Of a DNA stretch of 64,000 bases, positions 52,346 to 64,000 are shown one piece after another. Location of the stretch: the NCBI RefSeq assembly GCF_001194135.2, contig NC_068994.1, positions 41,293,894 to 41,357,893 on the forward strand, written 5' to 3'. Positions within the stretch are counted from its first letter, which is position 1; each line of letters begins with the position of its first letter. The translations under genes were made by a program, and so were the position numbers. The DNA comes from Octopus bimaculoides. Its lineage: Eukaryota. The notes below the pieces were generated by a model that ran no database searches, was not told where the DNA came from, and saw only the letters and a list, made by a program, of their open reading frames with translations.

Positions 52346-55300
52346 TATAGTAGGGAGGCAAAAATTACCCCAGCAGTGGCCAACAAAAATATAAGATGCA
52401 TTTTTGGTTCTTTTGGGCCTTCTCAATGACATGTATTGCATGAATGACTTGATGTAGGGAGGACATGGCATTGAAGAGGTCATGAATGACAACGAAAGCA
52501 CTCTGACAAACCTGATTGATTGATTAACTGAATGATTAATCAAACAATTGATTAGTTACTAAGTTAAATAGTTAATCAATTAACTAATAAAGATGAAGAA
52601 GTGAAATGGAACCAGTGCCTGTGTTTATTATTGGTGTAATGTCCCTACCAAGGTACAACAAAATTAGTCACAACACACAAGTTAATATCAAGAATATTGC
52701 AAACCAAGTACAAAAAAAAAGACAAAATAATTATTATATTGATTTACATCTTAGTTCCTTATTTGATTTTTTGATTATTTGTTATAATTATTTTATTTGT
52801 TTTTTTCTTTTTTGCATAGTTTGTAGATAAATGAGAATCATCTGTCTAATCAACAAATATTATTTAAATAAAAAGATAAAGGCAGCCTTTACAAAAGAAA
52901 TTAAGTATCAGTCTTAATTAACATCAGATTTATTACAAATTGCTAAACATTTGCCTTCTCTTAAAGATTTTTAATTAACTGAATTATCATATAGTTTCTC
53001 ATCATTTACAGGTAATTAATTCTGTAATGCATTGTAGGATAAGAACAAGAAAGTGATTCTCTAGGTTAATAAATTACCAAATAAATATACTTCAAAACTA
53101 TTCTTTGTCATAAAATATACTTCAAAGCAAATAGTGCAAATGCTTAATTTTTATTTATTTCTTATTTTTATTCTCTTCATTTTATTTATTTTGTATGCTT
53201 TTACTTGTTTCAGTCATTGATGCTAGAGTGCATCCATGCAGGGGCATTGCCCTCAAGGGTTTGGTGAAACAAATAGACTTCATATTTATTATTATTATTA
53301 TTATTGGTGTTTATTCTATCAGCGCCTTTTGCCAAACCACCAAGCTGTAAGGAGCTAAACAAATTAACACCAGTTGACATGTGGTGTGTGTGTGTGTGTG
53401 ATGGGAGGGAACAAACATATGAACAAACACAAGCATTCACATGTATACACACACATGCACAGTATATATGTGTACATATACACATGATAGGCTTCCATAC
53501 AGTTTCCATCGACTAAATTCACTCACAAAGTATTGGCTAGCCTGAGGCTAAAGTAGAAGACACTTGCCCAAGATGGCATGCCGTGTGACTGAACCCAAAA
53601 CCTTGTGGTTGTAAAGCAGGTATCTTAACCATACAGTTATGCTTGCATCCATTTATTTGTTACTTATTTTTCATGATTTCATCCTGACCTTTTTCAGGGT
53701 CTCTGTTTTTATGATAAAAAAAAAAGATGAAAGTTCTTGATAATCTGAAGACTAGCATGGATTCAGTTAAAGGCAACAAAGATCCAGGTGATGGTGCTAA
53801 ACTATAATTCTATTGGGTGGCCCCTATCCAAAGACTTGGACTCATTCCCCTTGTTAGAGTTGCAAATGTGGAATACATTAGAAACCAGACTACTCTAAGT
53901 CTATGCAAGAAATCTCTACTACAAGACAATGCTAAATTTTCAGCAATACATTTTCCTATAGTGCTGAACTATGCTACAATGCATTATCTTATTGTATATA
54001 GGTCATTGTTGCTGTTTAAACCCATGTTTGAGTAAGCCACCCTCTGATCAAAGACATTCCAACTTTGTCTAATCTATCATTTTAGCTGTAACTAGGGCTA
54101 CATTATCTAATGTGTCCCATTCTTTCTTAAGATACTTATTTCCCACTTTTCAGGAAGGTTGGTTGCTATTTCTAGTCAGACAATCAACCACAGAGAGTGT
54201 CCCTCATTATTTCCAGTGATAAAGGATAAGTATAGAACAGTGGCCAAACCATGCTGATTCCATTGTTGTTTTTCTAAATACCCTTATTGATTTCACCATC
54301 CCTACTTTCCTCTTAATGAAAGACAAGCATAATTTATCTGTGGTGTTTTGTTACCCATACTAGCACTACCTACCTCTGTGCCCATTACACAATTTAGTTA
54401 CTTAGTTAACTCACTTCTTTAATTGATATATGCTCGCAGACAAGCTAAAGTCATGTTGTAAACTATATATGATGATAACTATGTAACATGATATATTTTT
54501 CAACCAGCTCATTTATTTCAATTGTAAAGGAATTGGTTACATAATAAATTTAAAATTTATAGAAAATTAACGTCTTTTATGGCAATACATTTAGCTTTTT
54601 TAGAATATATTCAAAATTTTCACAAAATTCTAGAATAGAATTAAATGCTTTCAGTTTGATTCAATTCAATTTTTTGCTTCTGTTTTTTTTCTGATTTATT
54701 TTTATTTTTTACTTTTTGCTTGAATCATCGATGGAGAAAATATTCTCTAATTAGAGACATATTGACAACATTAAGAATATATATATATAAAACATATCTT
54801 TCTTGAATATATTTAATGCAAACTGTAAAATATCTCAAGAAAATAAAACTATGCAATTTTTCTTCATATTTTGATACAACATGGGAAATGGTCCTAACCA
54901 GACAGACATGAAGTAAAATTGATACACTCAACTACATCTTAAATTGCTGTTGTGTACTTAAAACAAACTTCTCTGTATTTGTGAGTGGCTAGTGAGGTAT
55001 ACAATTTTTCCTAAATCTACATTACATTCCATGGTTACCAAAGCCAGAAAAGGGAGTCAGTGATGATAGTTCAAGATGAAATTCGCTTTTTCTTTAGGGC
55101 TTGTCATTAAAGAGGTTACAAATGATAATGAAGGTACTTTGATACATAAACTGACTGATTGATTAGCTAAATGATTAATTGAACAATTGATTGGTCTATA
55201 GGTTAAATTGTTAAATAGTTAAATTGATGAATAATATAGAAATGAAGCTGAACTAATGCATGTGTTTATTATTGGTATAGTGACTGTCTCAAGCTAAAAC

Positions 55301-56217
55301 AAAAATGTGTTTTGGATTTTAAAAAAAACGATTGATTCTATTATGTTAGAAATCAAACTCCTTACTTTTGTATCTCCTTTCTTTTATATCTCTAGGGATT
55401 CTTATGCAAAATAAGAAAGCCTCATTGAATCTTAACCTTTCACTCTGAAAAGAAATGGAGAGATATTATCAAAAAGAAAACAAAATTGAAAAATATGAAA
55501 TGCTTAGCTTTGAATATTTTTCCATAATAATGCTAGATGTCACTTTTAATATAGCATTGGATGTTTCCACTAGCTTCATGTTTGCTTGGCTTCTGAGATA
55601 AGCAAACCCAAATGGTTTCATGCAATTTTTCATGTTATTACCTCCCTAGAGCCAAATCTAGTTTGATAGTTGCTGTTATTGTTGTTCCTGCTGCTGTTGT
55701 TATTGTTGCTAAGCCTCATTTCAGCATTTATTGACAATTAAAGCCATTTTAGGCATGATCATTCTGCATTTTTTTTCAAACATAATATATCCCAAACAAC
55801 ATAGGTCTAATGTGTTCTTTCTGTAAAAAGGTAGAGAAAAATTTGGTGGAGATTTGACTCCTATTTCTGTAAGTTCAAATGCTCATGCAAAAGCCCTTTC
55901 ACTGTCTCGTCTTTCTTTCAATGTGACGATATGATAAATCTGAATTGCTTACTGTGTTGGTCCCATATAAATAAATACAAGGTAAATATTTTTGCAAATA
56001 TCCGGTCCACACTGTAAAGTGGTTGGCGTTAAGAAGGGCATCCAGCTGTAAAAACCTTGCCAAAACAGACACAGAAGTCTGGTGCAGGTTGCAGCCTGGT
56101 CAAATCCTGACAAACTGTCCAACACATCCCAGCATGGAAGGCTGACATTAAACAATGATGATGATGAGGATGAAAGGCATGGCTATTAAATAAACATCAG
56201 AATATTACTGGGACTTA

Positions 56218-57003
56218 CAGGGTGTCCTAGAACAGGGGTTTTCAAAGTGTGGTCCGCGGACCACAGGGGGTCTGCAAGGACAAGACAGGGGGTCCGTGGA
56301 CAGCAAATACTTTTTATGGGCAATTTGATTTTATATATTTTTTTTAATCGAAATCTTTTAATTAACAATAAACCTATTTGTTAAATAAATAAATGTAAAA
56401 ATATATGTTATTTTAAGCAAATATTTATGTATAAATTTCATAAGCGTTTATAAGGGGGTCCCTAAGGTAAAGCCTGAAATATAAAGGGGTCCGCAAGTCA
56501 AAAAGTTTGAAAACCCCTGTCCTAGAAAGATGATATTTCTTAATTACTAAAAATAAATTTAAGGTAGGATAATGAAATTTGGCACACATGTTCTAATGTA
56601 AATTGCCAAGCCGTTGCAGTAATTACATATTAAAATGATCACCTTTCGCCTTGATCATAGCCTGCAAACAAGTGGTCACTGAATTGCATGAGTGTTGTAT
56701 CACCTCTTCATCCAACTTGACCCCTGAAGACAGAAGAGCTTTCTTCAGATCTGATACATTTGAATAGGAGCAAGCAGAAACATTACTCTCTAAGATGGAC
56801 CAGATAGCAAAGTCCAATCTGGTCACATTTTGCTTTTGACACCACGTTTGTTTACAAACCTGTTACAGATGAACAAAACAATAGAGACATGAACATATGA
56901 AAAGACATATGCAAATCTTTATGTAAAATGCAGATAACATTACCTGAACCGATATTCTTTAGGAAGAGTTTTAAACATGGGTAAATCTTTTTGGGACTCC
57001 CTG
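56218..57003 (-). mobile_element. Internally deleted Tc1/mariner element with TA TSD
   Basis: TA lies at 56216-17 and 57004-05. The ends are CAGGGTGTCCTAGAAAGAT (after removing the nested insertion) and CAGGGAGTCCCAAAAAGAT. ORF 56623-56826 reads LDFAIWSILESNV...LKKAL...LQAMIKAKGDHF, a transposase C-terminus. Confidence 0.85.
56233..56519. mobile_element. hAT (Charlie-like) MITE nested in the mariner TIR
   Basis: 14-bp TIR CAGGGGTTTTCAAA, with a perfect 8-bp TSD TCCTAGAA at 56225-32 and 56520-27. Confidence 0.9.
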
Positions 57004-57061
57004 TATTTTATACATACAAACAAATCAAGATAGACAAAAGACCATTTACATTTATTTAGTT

Positions 57062-57149
57062 TTATCCAAAAGTTGCTACTATAAAGCATTGTTTAGGAGA
57101 GTGCTTTGCTGCTTGTATCAAACTGAGGCCCTTGAAGTGTTCGTCTATG
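57062..57149 (-). CDS. Candidate terminal exon IDEHFKGLSLIQAAKHSPKQCFIVATFG*
   Basis: Strong acceptor ttctctgtgtcttttctttgcag, open to TAA. Confidence 0.2.
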
Positions 57150-57597
57150 CTGCAAAGAAAAGACACAGAGAAATTACAATTCTACCAAATGGGATTGAGG
57201 TGTTTTATTGCATGTGCATAAAGCAAACTATATGTTTCATTTGTTTCAGTCATTGGACAGTGGTCATGGTGAAGCACTGCCTTTGAGAGTTTAGTCAGAT
57301 AAATTAATCCCAGAAATTATTTTAAAGTCTGGTACCGATTCTATTGGTCTCTTTTTCTCAACCTCTGTAAGTTACAGGGATGTAAATAAACCAACAATGG
57401 ATGCCAAGCCGTGCAGAGGGACAAATGCAAGCACAAAGACACACACATGCACACATGCACTTTCTATCTAACAAATTCACTTACCAGGTATTGGATAGTC
57501 TGAGGCTATAGTTGGTGCCACAGAGTGGGGCTGAACCTAAAACCACATGGCTTCAAAGCAAGCTTCTTAATGACGCAAGCCATGCCTGCATTATTAT

Positions 57598-57772
57598 GTT
57601 TAGGGTAAAGACCCCTTTGGTCATGGATGACCATGAGATTGCACTCATTTCTACAGCTGAGTAAACTGGAACAACATGAAATAAAGCATCTTGTTCAATT
57701 CCAGTCTAGGATTTGAACTCACTACCTCATGATTGTGAGTCCGATGCTCTTACCACTGAGCCATAACCTTTC
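57598..57772 (-). mobile_element. SINE family A, internally deleted
   Basis: The head and 3' end are present, and the middle of the body is missing. Confidence 0.8.
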
Positions 57773-59199
57773 ACTCATTATTAAGTATAAACTACTTTAG
57801 TATGATATCTGTATAAAGTCCCTACACTTGTTTTTGTAATGTCTTAGTCTGAGAAAGGCTTCATGAGCAATAATGCTGGATTAAGACACAGCTTTCAAAG
57901 ATTGTTACCGTGGGTCACTCAGCCATCTAGATAATCCCCAGAGATTAAATAAACAGTTATTGAAAATAGTATTGGGGTCCTCATAATAGTTTCAGCCCAA
58001 GGGAACTGATAAAATTTTAATTCTTACATGGGTGTGTGTGATCTGTCATTGTCCACAATCTGTGGATGAATTGTTAATCAAGGGAATGAAATAAAAGCTA
58101 ATATTTGTCATGAAATTCAAGATGTGTGTGATTTTAAATGCATAGAATAGTACAGGAGGTAAAGATGATGATGTTGATGACAACGGCAACAACAATGATG
58201 TTGGTGGTGGTGGTGGTGATTTTATAATGACGTTGATGATGACAGTGATGATGATTCCAAAGATAAAAACGATGAGGATGATGATGATGATGACGACGAC
58301 GATGACAATGACGATGAGGACAACGTTAATGATGGTAGTGGTGGTGGTGGTGGTGAGGAGGAGGAGGACAAGAGAAAGTAAGAAGGCGAAGGAGGAGGAG
58401 AAGAAGAAAACGCTGATGACGATGAGGATTATAATGATGTGCAACCTATAATTATGGACAGCAATGAAGAAGACTATTTGTACAATGAAATTATTCACCT
58501 TGATGGATGATCATGAAGGATTATTCAGTGCTGGAGATGAAGAACAGTGTGATTTTTGATAGAATTTTAATGTTTGAAATGTTTTAAGATTTACTATATA
58601 ATTGTAATTTAAAGTCATATAAAAATTTCTATATCTGTTTGCACGCTTAAATAAAACATGCAAATTCATTTAAATTCCCTGTGTTTTTCACTTCGGTATT
58701 CATAACCTTAACCCTATTGATATCAACCCACTTGAAATCTCCTCTGATTCTATAATATGGTGCATATTCCTTGTTTTAAAGAGATCTCAATTAAAGTTTG
58801 CCTTCAAAATTCTGTATTATGTTCCATACACCAACTGATTTACGACAAAGTTATTTTACTAAAATCTTCATTATTTTCAAAATTAATTTAATCCTTTGAC
58901 TGTAGAATGCAGTTTTAGTCCCCTAGCTTTCAGAAAAAAAACCTTTCCTTATACTTCAAGAAGTGGAGACACCCTCAATGATACTATTCATAGAAGACAA
59001 TTTTTCAGATTTTCTTTTCACATATTGTATTGAATATCACTTTACAGAGCAAGAATCGAATACTTTTAGTGGTGGATATGAAAACCATATTCACAGGAAA
59101 TGCTAAAATTGTATTGCAGAAGCAAAATATACGGCAGTTTTACTTTTTAGCAAATAATTAATGTCATTAAGGGAATGACCATGAAATTTACTCACACAG

Positions 59200-59570
59200 C
59201 AGCTGTGTGGTAAGAAGCTTGCTTCCCCACCACATGGTTTGGGGTTCAGTCCTACTGCATGGCACCTTGGGCAAGTGTCTTCTATTATAGCTTCAGGCCA
59301 ACCAACGCCTTGTGAGAGGATTTGGTGTATGGAAACTGAAAGAAGCCCATCATATATATATGTATAGCATGGTTGTGTGGTAAGAAGCTTGCTTCCCAAC
59401 CACATGGTTCCAGGATCAGTCCCACTGTGTGACACCCTGGGCAAGTATCTTTTAATGTAGCCTCTGGTCAACCAGAGCCTTGTGAGTGGATTTTGTAGTG
59501 GAAGCTGAAAAAAGCTTGTTGTATATATGTATACAGTTATGTGTGTGTCTTTGTGTCTGTTTGTCCCACA
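59200..59570 (+). mobile_element. Two tandem family C SINE heads
   Basis: gctgtgtggtaagaagcttgctt...cagtcccactg...ccttgggcaagtgtctt...gccttgtgagtggattt occurs twice. Other copies lie at ~8535-8870 (+), 30780-31230 (both strands), 33470-33910 (both strands), 53200-53650 (-), 57235-57590 (-), 60650-60790 (-) and 62150-62480. Confidence 0.8.
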
Positions 59571-60260
59571 CCACATACTAAAGTGAGACACACCGATCTT
59601 AAATTATAGCACTCATTATATTAAAATGAGAATACAGCTTGTGACTTGCTCATACATCATAACAAAGACTGAGATATAGATCATATTTGTCTCGTTAAAA
59701 TGAGAAGTAGTGATTATGATTCTTTGGTTCACAATAGTAAAGTGTGATTATAGATCATATTTGCCTTGTTCACCACACTAAAGTGTGAAATTCAAATCAA
59801 AGTTGCCTTGTACATTAAGATGTACAAATCAAAAATGTCTACTTCACACACTCAGGTGTTATATTCAGATAAAAATTGTCTCATCTACCATCTCATTCCC
59901 CATGCTTAAATGAGAGGTGTGGATCAAAATTGAGATATAATTTAAGATCTGGATGTCTTGCATAGTACATTTTTTTAAGGTGTAGCACTTATTCTACTTG
60001 TACCTTTTGCTGAGCTGAGGTGTTACAAGGCTATAAACAAACTAACACCGGTTGTCAAGTGGAGGGATGGGGGTGAGGACACACAAACGCAAATATACAC
60101 ACATATTTACATACTTAAATATCTATGTACAAATATATCTATAGCCCTGAGGCTAGTCAAGAATGTACGGTCCATAATATACTTTGGGTCTATGGAAGGA
60201 GCAGCTTCTGAGAGAGATGGATAATAGAAATATAAATAACAACAGATGGATAATGTGCTG

Positions 60261-60345
60261 ATTCACTACAACTGTTTCCAATAAATTTTTAGTTGATTAA
60301 CGGGGATATTACATCGTTATAAAAAAACATTTTCATCAGGTGAAT
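60261..60345 (-). ncRNA. Hammerhead-like motif, inverted partner of 60429-60516
   Basis: The reverse complement reads ATTCAC CTGATGA A AAT...ATT G GAAA CAGTTGT A GTGAAT. Stem I is a perfect 6 bp, and the same A/G variant sits at the base of stem II. Confidence 0.6.
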
Positions 60346-60428
60346 ACATGAACCACAGCAAGGGTGATAGAATCATGAAGATGCACATCTCATTGGCTTT
60401 TGAATGTTTTTGAATGCTGTGGTTCGTG

Positions 60429-60516
60429 GATTCATCTGATGAAAACGGATTTATCTAATGATGTTAATGTCTCCATTAATCAATAAAAAATTTGTTGGAA
60501 ACAGCTGTAGTGAATT
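60429..60516 (+). ncRNA. Hammerhead-like motif with A10.1/G11.1 variant
   Basis: Stem I is GATTCAT (60429-35) / GTGAATT (60510-16), and CTGATGA is at 60436-42. Stem II is AACGGATTT (60444-52) / AAATTTGTT (60488-96), preceded by A60443 opposite G60497. GAAA is at 60498-501. The palindromic stem III is ACAGCTGT (60501-08), and the triplet is GUA. Confidence 0.6.
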
Positions 60517-60534
60517 GACACATTATCCATATGT

Positions 60535-60577
<43 letters not shown>

Positions 60578-61479
60578 TACATACATATAAATACATATAT
60601 ATACATATATACACACACAATACACTCACACACACACACATATGTCAAGTTTCCACACATTTTCCATTTACCAAATCCACTCACAAGGTATTGATTGGCT
60701 GAGGGTTATAGTACAAGTCACTTTCCCAGGTGCCACACAGTGAGACTGAACCTGTGGTTGCAAAGCAACCTTCTTGACCACATACCCATGCTTGCTCCTA
60801 TACTGGTATTATTACCAGAAGTTTTTTTTGTTTCCTTTTTATTCAACTAACACATCATTGGGAGTCCTATTACTGATATTGTACTTCAGATTGTTCCTTA
60901 AATTTCAGTCCCACCAAACTAGTATCCATGTAATTATCAATTCTCTCAAGTTTTGGTCTAAAAATCTGGTATAAAAATCTCATTCACAACATTCACATGA
61001 ATATATACAATAGATGGATATCTTGTTTTCAAATTTTGTGGGTCACGTGTATAAAGATGTCTAAATTGTTGATGAAAATATTCTGTATTTAGAATGGCTC
61101 CTTCCTCCAACTCAAATATATTTATTTATTCATTTATAGGTAACAATTTAAAATGTTGATTTTGATGCTGAGAAAGATATTTAAATCCTCTTCAAAAGAA
61201 CTACACTGCAACCTATTTATGATGTGTCTATAGATTTATGAATTAATGTTATGGTTTTCCAGAGCTTTGAAGAATAAACAAAAAAAAAAAAAAGAAAACC
61301 TGCTTTTTATGAGATCTAACAAATGACAGACGCTGAGCAGATGATGTCTGTTATTGATAATATAAAAGAGTCAGATCAGAGGCAAGAGAAAGTATTAACT
61401 TTTGAATTATTCAGTGACATGAAATGTAGCTCTGCGATATTAATAAAGGTGTGAACGACAATGAACATAGCATGTCAGT

Positions 61480-61625
61480 AAATAAAAATACAATATCTAT
61501 TAATGAAGATGCTCAATGAATGCGGCATGAAGCAGAAGCCATTTGTAATAAAAACATTGCAAACTGCAATTTCTACAGGTCAGTCAACAGTGAACAGTTG
61601 GCTGAAGAATAGAGAAAAGAAAACG
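61480..61625 (+). mobile_element. Possible pogo/Tigger CENP-B-type HTH relic
   Basis: AISTGQSTVNSWLKNREK resembles G.STV.DW.KN.K of pogo-type N-terminal HTH domains. Confidence 0.35.
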
Positions 61626-61846
61626 ACACCCATTATGGACAAGGCAGTTTTTCTGGTTTGTTAAGCAGTATTTCTTGTATCATTTGTATAAAAGTATTTC
61701 TCTTTCTATACGTTTACACTGCTATTGTAGTAGTTGGGTGATTAAGATTTGTGGACTCTTGCCCTATAGGTTGCAAGTTCAAAACCTTTCAAGGAACATT
61801 CTTACTTTATGTTATTGTACTTTGTATAATAAATTCACCTGCTTAA

Positions 61847-62064
61847 CCCTTTAGGATTCAGATTGATCTGTCAAATGTAATGCTTATTTATTCATGTTGT
61901 TTTGAATTAATCATTCATTATCTTGTAGCTTTAAGATTCCAAAGATGTGATTGCTTATTTTCAAAATGACATTATAAGGTAAGCGTGACAGGCCAGTTCT
62001 GGCTAATTTGAACATAAAGTAGGTGCAATATGTAGACCAGTATGGCTTTTTAAGTGCTAAAGCG
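61847..62064. mobile_element. TTAA-flanked MITE, same family
   Basis: TTAA at 61843-46 and 62065-68, with the shared body cagattactctgtcaaatgtaatgcttattt. Confidence 0.75.
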
Positions 62065-62874
62065 TTAACTTAGCAGATAGGAAAAAGATGGCTTTTATTC
62101 CTGTTTAGTATATCCTGGGGGGAAGTAAACCTCTGTCTTAAAAATTTCTCCTTACCTGGGTGCAGGCATAGTTTTGTTTAAATAACCACTGGATGCCAGT
62201 TTCAATCCCACTGGGTAATACAATGGGCAAGAGTCTTCTACCTAATCTTCAGGTTGCCCAGTTATATATATATATATATATATCTTTTCTCTTTTATCTT
62301 CTATCATTTGCCTGTTTCAATCATTAGACTGCAGCCATGCTGGAGCACTACCTTTTAGTCAAATGAATCAACTCCAGTACTTATATTTAAAGCCTGGTAC
62401 TTATTCTATCGGTCTCTTTTGTTGAAGTGTTAAGTTACAGGGACATAAACACACTAACACTGGTTGTCAAGACATACACACATAGATATATACATGTATC
62501 ACTGCTGTCCGATAGCCCCCACCCCACCCCACTCTCTATATACCCAGGTTTTCGCCACTCACTCCCCCTCCTCCACACTCTCTAATCATGCTTCTTTTGC
62601 CATATCCTGCCACTTATATTATGATGTTCAAACCTCACGAGCATGCTCTGGCTCTTGTCACCATCTATATCACTCTCTTCCTTTACTCAAACATTTCATT
62701 TTTACTCTGATCTCCATTCCTTGAGAGTATACCTGGCACTTTGCCACCATCTCTATCCTGCTGCCTCCCACTCTCTCTCTCTCCCCTTTTCCCGCACTTC
62801 CCACAAGTTGGGTAACCATGTATCTCCTTTGCGGCAACACACCTGCTTATGTCTTCATTCTTAATCTCTCCTTC

Positions 62875-62912
<38 letters not shown>

Positions 62913-63463
62913 TTAAAAGTATGTATATGTATTTTATGTATATGGAGTCTGGTGCAGCCTTCCAGCATGCCAGCCCAATCAACCTGTCCAACCCATGCCA
63001 GGATGGACAACAGACAGTAAATAATGATGATGATATGCACATATGTATAGATGTGTGTGTGTATGTGTGTGTGTGTGTGTGTGTGTTCTCTCTCTTTTAT
63101 TTTTTCCACTGACTTTACCAAATTCTGTTGTTTTTGAATCCCAAGTCAGCCCTAATCCAGCAAATATATGACCAAAGGATTTCAAGCTATGACCTAGTCA
63201 TCTAATTTTTCTAATCATTTTAAAATATAATGTACAAGAGACAACATTATCAAATGTGTCCCTTTTTCCATTTTTATTTTGAGATAGCTAATACCATTCA
63301 ATGGGAGTTTTAGCTGCTATTTTTTGCAGTTTGAATTACCACATGCAAAATATCTTATTGGCTCCATATGCTTCTGTTACGTAAGCATAATTTAACAGAT
63401 TCAAGTTTTGTTGTAAAAAAAAAACATGATTAGAGATGAGACATATCTTCTAACATCCCATAT

Positions 63464-64000
<537 letters not shown>

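Larger units (their letters stand above)
60246..60530. mobile_element. Fold-back element with ~115-bp inverted arms (60246-60360 / 60415-60530)
   Basis: Manual alignment gives about 96/116 identities. Each arm carries a hammerhead-like motif. Confidence 0.8.

Noticed and set aside
53728-53788. MKVLDNLKTSMDSVKGNKDP first-exon candidate
   Set aside because: The donor (gtgatg) is weak and there is no corroborating downstream exon.

Overview
Strongly AT-rich animal non-coding DNA from a draft assembly with nine N-gaps, most abutting microsatellites. The SINE, MITE and RTE-tail families resemble those I recognise from coleoid cephalopods, most likely Octopus; this is an inference from repeat style, not a database hit. 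The window is a mosaic of microsatellites ((TA)n, (CT)n, (GATA)n, (CAT/GAT)n), tRNA-derived SINEs, RTE 3' tails, DNA-transposon MITEs (mariner, hAT, TTAA/piggyBac-type) and decayed coding relics: R4/Dong-clade LINE, L1/Tx1-like LINE, Penelope GIY-YIG, Tc1 and mariner transposases, and a possible Gypsy. Almost all ORFs in the supplied track are microsatellite or N-gap artefacts. No host gene can be named; a few short, splice-site-bounded exon candidates are listed at low confidence. The main result is not protein-coding. Four unrelated small elements carry type I hammerhead-ribozyme motifs of the Penelope/retrozyme kind. One (27935-27995, +) has a fully canonical core with a palindromic stem III and sits inside a 42-bp inverted-repeat cassette. 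One family is fused to a tRNA/Pol III head in an inverted composite with a 14-bp TSD (35339-35901). One is a head-to-head pair with a non-canonical A-G at the base of stem II (60246-60530). One has a giant AT-rich stem II (37697-37834). All folds were worked out by eye and need computational and biochemical confirmation.
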